Below, piece by piece: positions 57,697-64,000 of a stretch of 64,000 nucleotides of DNA. The notes beneath the pieces are model-generated. The model did no database searches. It was not told the origin of the DNA and was given only the letters and a program-made list of their open reading frames with translations. The translations under genes were made by a program, and so were the position numbers. Positions within the stretch are counted from its first letter, which is position 1. Every line of letters starts with the position of its first letter. Source of the stretch: Patescibacteria group bacterium (GTDB taxonomy: Bacteria; Patescibacteriota; Minisyncoccia; Phycocordibacterales; Phycocordibacteraceae); contig JBBTSZ010000002.1 of NCBI GenBank assembly GCA_038064495.1, positions 216,934 to 280,933 on the forward strand, given 5' to 3'.

Positions 57697-58260
57697 TCAC
57701 GACGGAGCGACCTCAAGGTAAAACGGCAGTATTGGCTTACAAAGTTGTTCAAAAGCACGAAAGGGTTTGACAAGCTCGCCTCGAACGACGCGGCATCCTT
57801 CGTACCGACCACCGCCAGCACTGTAGGCGATGGCCTGCCTACCATTCCATTCGATACTCTTGAAATCATATTTCGATAGAAACGCACGGGTAGCTTCAAG
57901 AATATTGTCCGGCACGATTCGTACATCTTCAGCCATTTCCGCAACCTGTTCAAGGAACGTAGTGCGGACACGTCGAGCATCCCGGGAGGCACGAGTCGTG
58001 AAAAGATTAAAATTCTTGCCATAGATGAAGAGTACGTCTCTGTCAACAAAACGTTCACAGGTATGGAATCGCATGCTCGGAATCGTTTCCAATAAGGTCT
58101 TCAAAGATTCGTCACTTGGCAGAAGTGGTGTTGCCCGGGGCGGATAGATGGCATACAGATACAAGAATCGCTTCCGTATCTTTCCCCAAGCTTTTTTCAC
58201 ATACCGGTACTCTGCACGCTCGGGACGTGCCGCTATTCGCGCAATTTTCTCGTGTCGCAT
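57697..58260 (-). CDS. hypothetical protein
   Basis: AGGAG SD. Confidence 0.6.
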   Translation of the reverse strand: MRHEKIARIAARPERAEYRYVKKAWGKIRKRFLYLYAIYPPRATPLLPSDESLKTLLETIPSMRFHTCERFVDRDVLFIYGKNFNLFTTRASRDARRVRTTFLEQVAEMAEDVRIVPDNILEATRAFLSKYDFKSIEWNGRQAIAYSAGGGRYEGCRVVRGELVKPFRAFEQLCKPILPFYLEVAPS

Positions 58261-58376
58261 GGCACATCTCCTATGTTGTAAAAGGTCAGGTTCGTGGCAA
58301 GCATACTCCTCGGTTTTCTAATGGCAAGAAAGAACCGCCGAGCGAAAGCTCGGCGGTCTTGATTTTGCGGCGCGCG

Positions 58377-58736
58377 TCACAGGAAACGAAGCTCGCCAGG
58401 ATAACTTTGACCAACACTGAGTTGAATAATCCAACCTTGTTCAGTATGTTGAAAGCCGGTTATCGGGATTCCTGAGAAGAATTTTTCTGCGACAGACAAT
58501 TTGAGAAACCCATCATCAGAAAGACTTACCTCGCTGATTGTTCCAGTCCACTTATTTTCTCTCTCGCTGAGTATTCGGATGAATTCGTACCTTCTTCCCT
58601 TCAGTTGCTCGTACCCACCTGACACCCCGGCTTTTTGAAGTGCGCAGATCATACGTTCGGCTGCTTGCCGAATGCTTTCAATGTCACTTGGCGATTTCGA
58701 AACCCCGCCTATCGGGGTACGTATACCGGTATCCAT
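58377..58736 (-). CDS. hypothetical protein
   Basis: TAAGGAGG SD; hairpin ACCGCCGAGC/GCTCGGCGGT. Confidence 0.62.
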   Translation of the reverse strand: MDTGIRTPIGGVSKSPSDIESIRQAAERMICALQKAGVSGGYEQLKGRRYEFIRILSERENKWTGTISEVSLSDDGFLKLSVAEKFFSGIPITGFQHTEQGWIIQLSVGQSYPGELRFL

Positions 58737-58822
58737 TTCTTCCTCCTTAAAGTTTCCTTTGGCAAGCTACCACAATTTAAAAAAGGTCGCGATATGTGGA
58801 AAGCGCCTGCTATGATATCTGC

Positions 58823-59347
58823 ATGACAACTAAGATGCCGGTACCCATCGTTGAGAGCGCAGAAAAAAGGAGAAATACGATACGTAGCTTTAAGGCCAAG
58901 GCGAATGATAAACGCACTACCTCTGACAAGATTGCGGACCTCCTTACCGAATCATTCGGTACGGTTGCGTTCCTCGTCATTAACGCATTCTTCTTCGGAG
59001 GATGGATTTTATGGAATACCGGGAATATTCCAGGACTCACTCCTATAGATCCCTTCCCGTTTGGACTCCTCACCATGGTCGTCTCACTTGAGGCCATTTT
59101 TCTCGCCATCATCGTCCTTATTTCACAAAACAGGGAAGCAAGAATTGCGGAGCTTCGTGAAGAAGTAGAACTCTACATCAACACCTATGCTGAGAATGAA
59201 ATTACGAAAGCCATCTACCTCATGACCCTCATCCTTAAAAAAGACGGCATAGATATTTCCAAGGACGAAGACCTGAAGGAAATGCTTGAAAACATTGATA
59301 GCGAAGTGATTGAACAGGAACTAGAGAAGCAGCTAGCACAATTCTAG
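58823..59347 (+). CDS. DUF1003 family membrane protein
   Basis: IADLLT..FG..WILWN..DPFPFGLLT..VSLEAIFLAIIVLISQNR. Confidence 0.88.
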   Translation: MTTKMPVPIVESAEKRRNTIRSFKAKANDKRTTSDKIADLLTESFGTVAFLVINAFFFGGWILWNTGNIPGLTPIDPFPFGLLTMVVSLEAIFLAIIVLISQNREARIAELREEVELYINTYAENEITKAIYLMTLILKKDGIDISKDEDLKEMLENIDSEVIEQELEKQLAQF

Positions 59348-59438
59348 TTACGGGAACGTACTGCTTGACATAGTCAGCATTTCATAATCTAATCTACATT
59401 AGACCACATCGCGTGGCAGATTTATTTGGAGAGCAGAA

Positions 59439-59585
59439 ATGTCTCAGGGTTCACATTCCACCTTCTCGTGGCGCATGTTTTTTGGCGTTGCCCTTGTCGG
59501 ATTGTTGTTGGTCGGGCTGTACAACCAGATCGCCATCAACCTGGAAAATATGAAAACTAATGCTGCGGAAGCAGCTGAACAATAA
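59439..59585 (+). CDS. small single-TM protein, 48 aa (below cutoff)
   Basis: TTGACA promoter, GGAG SD; MSQGSHSTFSWRMFFGVALVGLLLVGLYNQIAINLENMKTNAAEAAEQ*. Confidence 0.55.
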   Translation: MSQGSHSTFSWRMFFGVALVGLLLVGLYNQIAINLENMKTNAAEAAEQ

Positions 59586-59705
59586 GCCAAAACAACGTAA
59601 GATATGAGTTGTGGCTCCCAAGGCCAAAAAACCTGTCCCCACCCAAGCGGTGGGGACTTTTGTATACAAAAAGGCCCCGCGGATGCGGGGCCTGATAGGC
59701 GAAAG

Positions 59706-60005
59706 TTATGCTGCCACTTGCGCGAGATGGATTGGATACGCTTTTCCGACAAGCTCAAGTGCCTGCTCTTCAGTAAACCCTGCGCCCACATGAGCAAGAA
59801 AGAGTTTCCTTTGTCGGCATGCGTATTCCTTCAAGAATCGCTGGTGGCGGGTCTCAGGTGTTACAAGCGCTTCAAGAAGCGCTGCCTCTACCCAGGCAAC
59901 CTGGCTCACACCACGATTCTTTGCGGCTTCGCGCGTTTGTGTCACCACATCACTTGAAATACCGCGCATCGTCCATTGGCACGTTCCGTCAGATTCCGTT
60001 TTCAT
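59706..60005 (-). CDS. ribbon-helix-helix-like DNA-binding protein
   Basis: WTMRGIS...REAAKNRGVSQVAWVEAAL; GAGGAG SD. Confidence 0.6.
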   Translation of the reverse strand: MKTESDGTCQWTMRGISSDVVTQTREAAKNRGVSQVAWVEAALLEALVTPETRHQRFLKEYACRQRKLFLAHVGAGFTEEQALELVGKAYPIHLAQVAA

Positions 60006-60152
60006 GTTCAGCTCCTCTCGGGTCTAAGCGGAACCATAGCACGGCACATGAGTCACTCCAATTGAGCCGTGCTTCCCACTTTTGGCCGGATACGGTAGGG
60101 TGTCTCCAGATTTACTGTACAAATTACACTCAAGCAAAGAAGGGAATCGAAG

Positions 60153-61472
60153 ATGAACGTTGACGCAGCGACTGCCGATCGGCAGACAGCAAAGTACCGT
60201 CTCGGCCGGATGTTGACGGAAGGAAAGACAAAGAAGCTTCATGAAGCGAAGGACAAGCCCGGGATTGTTATTGTAATTTCCAAAGACGACATTACTGCCG
60301 GCGACGGCAAGAAGCACGATATTATTGTAGGCAAAGCTAACCTTGCGACCGAAACGACCTGCAACGTTTTTGAATTGCTCAAGGCGTGCGATATTCCAAT
60401 CGCTTACATTGAGCGCGATAACGTAAACTCGTTTATTGCCTATCACACTGACATGCTTCCGTACGAAGTCGTCGTCAGGCGTGAGGCGCACGGCTCATAC
60501 CTGAAAAGCTATCCGCATTTGCAGAAGGGACATCTTTTCCAAAAGCTCGTCGTGCAGTTCTTCCTGAAAACGAAGGACCGTCGCTGGAAAGAACACACGC
60601 TTGTCTGCGACGACCCCCTGATGCTGCATCGGGAGGGTGCGGGCAAGATTGAGCTCTATAATCCTGCGGAGTCACTCCGAGGCCAGAAACCCTTCCTCAT
60701 CCTCGACGAGATGGAAGTGTTCGGGTATGCCGAGGAATGGCATTGCTTCAAGGAAATGCAATCAATTGCTACCAAGACGTTCCTCGTGCTCGAGCGAGCC
60801 TGGGAGCTCGAAGGCGGCAAGCTGGTCGACTTCAAGGTTGAATTTGGTTTTGACCCGACGGGAAACCTGGTTCTCTCAGATGTTATCGACAATGACTCGT
60901 GGCGCGTGGTTGAAGACGGCGCGTATCTCGACAAGCAAGTCTATCGAGATGGTGGAGACATCAAGGAGGTGGCAAACAAGTACGAGCGCGTCGCCAACAT
61001 CACCAGTCGTTTTCGCCTCCCGAGTCAGCGCATCATCCTATGGTGCGGCTCTGAATCAGATGTCACCAAGCCATTTCATGATGCGCTTGGGGGCTTCCGA
61101 GATTTACTGACCGAGGTGGTGTGCTCAGCACATAAGGAGCCGCAAGCTGCAGTCTCTATTATTCAGAGCACGGTGCATGCGTATCCAAACTCGGTTGTGA
61201 TTGCCTACATCGGCAGAAGCAACGGGGCTGGCCCCATCCTGTCAGCGCAATCAACGGTACCGGTCATTACGGTGCCTGCGAGTGTGAAGGACTTTCCGGA
61301 TGATGTGTGGTCTTCACTTCGTGCACCAAGTAAGGTGCCGGTGATGACCGTGCTTGAGCCGACGAATGCCGTGCTTGCTACACTGCAAATTCTTTCGGCT
61401 CGAAATCCTCGCATCTATGCGCATTTGCGCCAAGAAGTGGAAACTCGTTTGATTAACACTATCCCACTGTAG
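60153..61472 (+). CDS. purC: bifunctional SAICAR synthetase / class II AIR carboxylase (PurC-PurE, PAICS-type)
   Basis: EGKTK, KDDITAG, LVDFKVEFG, DVIDNDSWR, DKQVYR; GSESD, SAHK, GRSNG, DVWSSLR. Confidence 0.9.
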   Translation: MNVDAATADRQTAKYRLGRMLTEGKTKKLHEAKDKPGIVIVISKDDITAGDGKKHDIIVGKANLATETTCNVFELLKACDIPIAYIERDNVNSFIAYHTDMLPYEVVVRREAHGSYLKSYPHLQKGHLFQKLVVQFFLKTKDRRWKEHTLVCDDPLMLHREGAGKIELYNPAESLRGQKPFLILDEMEVFGYAEEWHCFKEMQSIATKTFLVLERAWELEGGKLVDFKVEFGFDPTGNLVLSDVIDNDSWRVVEDGAYLDKQVYRDGGDIKEVANKYERVANITSRFRLPSQRIILWCGSESDVTKPFHDALGGFRDLLTEVVCSAHKEPQAAVSIIQSTVHAYPNSVVIAYIGRSNGAGPILSAQSTVPVITVPASVKDFPDDVWSSLRAPSKVPVMTVLEPTNAVLATLQILSARNPRIYAHLRQEVETRLINTIPL

Positions 61473-61572
61473 TGTTTGAAGACCTTGCCCGCCGCGTTAT
61501 GCGGCGGGTTTCTTTTTACCAATGAAAAAGCCCTGACAGAGAGCCGAGGCTTTCTCATCAGAGCTGTGCGAA

Positions 61573-61848
61573 TTACGCGAGGAGCGGACACTCCAAGTAG
61601 CATTTTCCGCCAATGCGAGAGGTGAACAGAATGTCATGATCGCGAAAAACACGAACGTGCGCTTTTCCTCTTGCGGCATTCCATTGCTGGAAATCAATGA
61701 GCACCATGTCTCCAACTCGGAAATTGCGTGTCTCAGGGAATTCATCAACTCGAAATCCGATTCTGGTATGGTCATCAAGCGTGATAAAACGGTCACCTTC
61801 CCGAACTTCAATCTCTTGTATCGGTTCGTACACGTGAACTATCGACAT
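61573..61848 (-). CDS. hypothetical protein
   Basis: GGGAGG SD. Confidence 0.6.
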   Translation of the reverse strand: MSIVHVYEPIQEIEVREGDRFITLDDHTRIGFRVDEFPETRNFRVGDMVLIDFQQWNAARGKAHVRVFRDHDILFTSRIGGKCYLECPLLA

Positions 61849-61947
61849 GTGAGCCTCCCTTGTTCTCTAACCGAAACGTACCACGTATCGCACCATAGCA
61901 AAAACGCGCGCAGTGTATACTGCGCGCGTCTGTCTCTGTTCCGAGAG

Positions 61948-62163
61948 CTATCGGTGAAGAGGTCGACCGCCATGTTTCGGACAAAGTGCAGAATTCACAT
62001 GAGTTTCGTTTCCACACCGTGTTCCTGACTTCGGATCGATCTCTCGACATCCAACAACGAACCTTGGCGCGCCTGTGTTCTTGCTCCGTTTTTCACGAAA
62101 TCCATTACTGATTGATTGTCCGTGCTTTAATCTGTCGTGCTGGGCGTCTGAAACCTTCGGCAT
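61948..62163 (-). CDS. small putative zinc-binding protein (C-x10-C-x10-C-x2-H-GG)
   Basis: AAAGGAGG SD; CREIDPKSGTRC...CPKHGG; terminator 61905-61929. Confidence 0.6.
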   Translation of the reverse strand: MPKVSDAQHDRLKHGQSISNGFREKRSKNTGAPRFVVGCREIDPKSGTRCGNETHVNSALCPKHGGRPLHR

Positions 62164-62242
62164 GGCTGCCTCCTTTCTTTGTTCCAGAAATAGCATACTA
62201 CAGCTAAAAAGAAGCCGCCTCCAGGCGGCTTCAGGGGCGTCA

Positions 62243-62560
62243 TCACTGTACTCGTTGTAGATCGTCTATTTCCTTTTGGAGAAGTGCAAGCGTGCCTTCC
62301 AAACGAGTCTTTTCGTCAAGGAGTGGTTTCAGGTACTCCTTCACAACACCGTGTTCCTTAATAATCTTGAGCCGCTCTGCCATAAATCGCTCATGCTTTC
62401 GTCTGTTTTCCTCAATCATTTCCTCTGGGGTTGGGCCACCGATTATAAAATCCGAGCAGAATTCGCGCCTCTGTCTCAGATACTGTATGGCGAATTCCGC
62501 TTTTTCCATTGCAGTCAATTTCGGCAGAGTGAACGCAACAGTTGTTACTTTCCCTGACAT
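62243..62560 (-). CDS. hypothetical coiled-coil protein
   Basis: AAAGGACGGAG upstream; terminator 62211-62232. Confidence 0.62.
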   Translation of the reverse strand: MSGKVTTVAFTLPKLTAMEKAEFAIQYLRQRREFCSDFIIGGPTPEEMIEENRRKHERFMAERLKIIKEHGVVKEYLKPLLDEKTRLEGTLALLQKEIDDLQRVQ

Positions 62561-62660
62561 ATCTCCGTCCTTTCCTCGTTACATCTAGCCAAGACCATAT
62601 CAGGCAAGGGAGAGGGTGTAAAACAAGAAGCCGCCCGACGTAGTCGGGCGGCTGCGCGTG

Positions 62661-62915
62661 TTACACGCGGTGGATTCGGTATTCAACACCGATTCCCATA
62701 TATCCGTTCAAGCGCGGAATGATGTTTTGAGTGTGGAAGTAGGTCATTTCCGCGACATCCTGCAAGCGCTTCATTTCACACAGACGAGCGGGAAAATAGA
62801 CATCCACACCACCAACGAAATCCGAGCGGTCAGCACGAAAGATGGTTCCGTTGTGGCAACGATGTTCAAACGGTTTGTCATTGAGAAACCGTTCAGCGAT
62901 AGCCGTTACACTCAT
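62661..62915 (-). CDS. hypothetical protein
   Basis: AAGGAGG SD; terminator 62629-62653. Confidence 0.6.
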   Translation of the reverse strand: MSVTAIAERFLNDKPFEHRCHNGTIFRADRSDFVGGVDVYFPARLCEMKRLQDVAEMTYFHTQNIIPRLNGYMGIGVEYRIHRV

Positions 62916-63102
62916 GGTGTCCTCCTTGCATCCATATAACCAAAAGAAAACCCGGCTCTCGCCGAGAACGAATGTATCTGAGCCTCCTACTGTTCAAAGT
63001 CCTTTGAGGTTATACCGTAATAACATGCGTGAGTCAATATATACGTTTTCCACAGTTATAAGGTGTGTTGTGCTTTTTATCTCGAAAGCATATATTCGCA
63101 GA

Positions 63103-63343
63103 GGAGTGAGTAGGAAGAGACCAAAAAGCATTGCAAGCGCGGCGATGTATGGCAATTCCCGAACGGGTAGGTCGCAGCGTAGCGGCTGCCTATAAGGATC
63201 CAGTCCAGTGCTTTCCTGATAAACCAGTGTCCAGATGGAACTGCAGTATTAGGCTGGTGACAGACAAAAAGACTTGAGTAGGACGCTTTTGGAACCGTCC
63301 GAACATGGGAGGGCAACCTTCTAAGGCTAAACCTGCTCACTCC
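63103..63343 (+). ncRNA. candidate ~241-nt structured ncRNA
   Basis: 12-bp closing helix GGAGTGAGTAGG/CCTGCTCACTCC, internal hairpins, TTGTGC-17-TATATT promoter, terminator 63347-63376. Confidence 0.6.
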
Positions 63344-63395
63344 ACTAACTGCCCCCTTGGGGCGGTTTTCTTTTTTGTCCTGATATACTCCAGAC

Positions 63396-63929
63396 ATGAA
63401 AATCGGCGTAGGTTCCAAGAATCAAACAAAAGTAAATGCTGTGCGTACCGTCCTTGCGGGCTACCCTTTGTTTGCAGACGCGGAAGTTTTTCCGGTAGCT
63501 GTTCAAGTGGAGGAATTCGGTCATCCAAAAAGTATTCTTGAAACAGTTGAAGGAGCTATTGATAGAGCCAAACAAGCCTACGAAGGAAATGATTACGGTT
63601 TTGGTATTGAGGGTGGCCTCATAGAGATTCCAAAAACTAAAACAGGTTACATGGAAATCGGCGTGTGCTGTATCTATGACGGAGCACAAACGCATATCGG
63701 ACTGTCGCCTGCGTTTGAGTGGCCTTCGAAGGTTCTCGATGGGATTTTGAACAAAGGACTTGATGGTAGTCAGGCTGTTAAGGCAGCTGGGCTCACTGTG
63801 GAAGATAAACTTGGCGAAGGTCAGGGGATTATTGGGGTACTCACGAAAGGACGAACATCCAGAACAGAACAAAATGCTATTGCCATACGAATGGCATTGA
63901 TACACCTAGAGAACCCTGAACACTATTAG
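63396..63929 (+). CDS. yjjX: inosine/xanthosine triphosphatase (YjjX/DUF84)
   Basis: VGSKNQTKV, ETVEGAIDRA, GIEGG, GIIGVLTKG. Confidence 0.85.
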   Translation: MKIGVGSKNQTKVNAVRTVLAGYPLFADAEVFPVAVQVEEFGHPKSILETVEGAIDRAKQAYEGNDYGFGIEGGLIEIPKTKTGYMEIGVCCIYDGAQTHIGLSPAFEWPSKVLDGILNKGLDGSQAVKAAGLTVEDKLGEGQGIIGVLTKGRTSRTEQNAIAIRMALIHLENPEHY

Positions 63930-63956
63930 TTGAGTTTCTGGTGCTACTATTTATGT

Positions 63957-64000
63957 ATGAAACTAGCGCTTGCAGTTCTCGTGGTCATACTCCTTCTTGG
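63957..64000 (+). CDS. start of a membrane/secreted protein, truncated by the window end
   Basis: MKLALAVLVVILLL after TGCTACTAT. Confidence 0.45.
   Translation, partial: MKLALAVLVVILLL

Noticed and set aside
53768-63060. Prophage or classical integron
   Set aside because: No integrase, terminase, capsid or replication genes; the hairpins look like terminators and lack attC RYYYAAC/GTTRRRY boxes
63103-63347. RNase P RNA or tmRNA identity for the candidate ncRNA
   Set aside because: No GAGGAAAGUCC/P4 pair; no G3-U70 pair, T-arm or tag ORF, despite a TCCACTA end

Overview
Chromosomal segment of a small-genome bacterium, most consistent with Patescibacteria/CPR (Parcubacteria-like). This is an inference from the short IF2, the CPR-type S21, the VirB2/TrbC-like pilin array and the scarcity of Shine-Dalgarno sites. 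The genetic code appears to be 11. The housekeeping backbone is trxB, ftsZ, ftsA, ybeY, rpsU, lepB, pth, rpsA, gyrA, alr, rbfA, infB, iscS, clpB, rpmG, miaA, ahpC, parB, relA/spoT, topA, dprA, serS, ftsQ-like, dus and dnaX, with seven tRNAs. Beyond that the window shows: (1) five tandem pilin-like paralogs, plus two pilin-like proteins fused to different predicted peptidoglycan hydrolases; (2) an ORF-poor, about 241-nt multi-stem RNA candidate with its own promoter and terminator (63103-63343), and a second about 290-nt candidate; (3) several families of dispersed, covarying palindromic elements, one restricted to tRNA 3' trailers and one always antisense to the adjacent gene; (4) two gene-start architectures: apparently leaderless housekeeping genes versus self-contained promoter-SD-ORF-terminator orphan cassettes, dense after tRNA-Gln; (5) unexpected enzymes (animal-type PAICS fusion, alternative oxidase). 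No CRISPR array, integrase or transposase was seen. All family assignments come from motif recognition by eye, not database searches.
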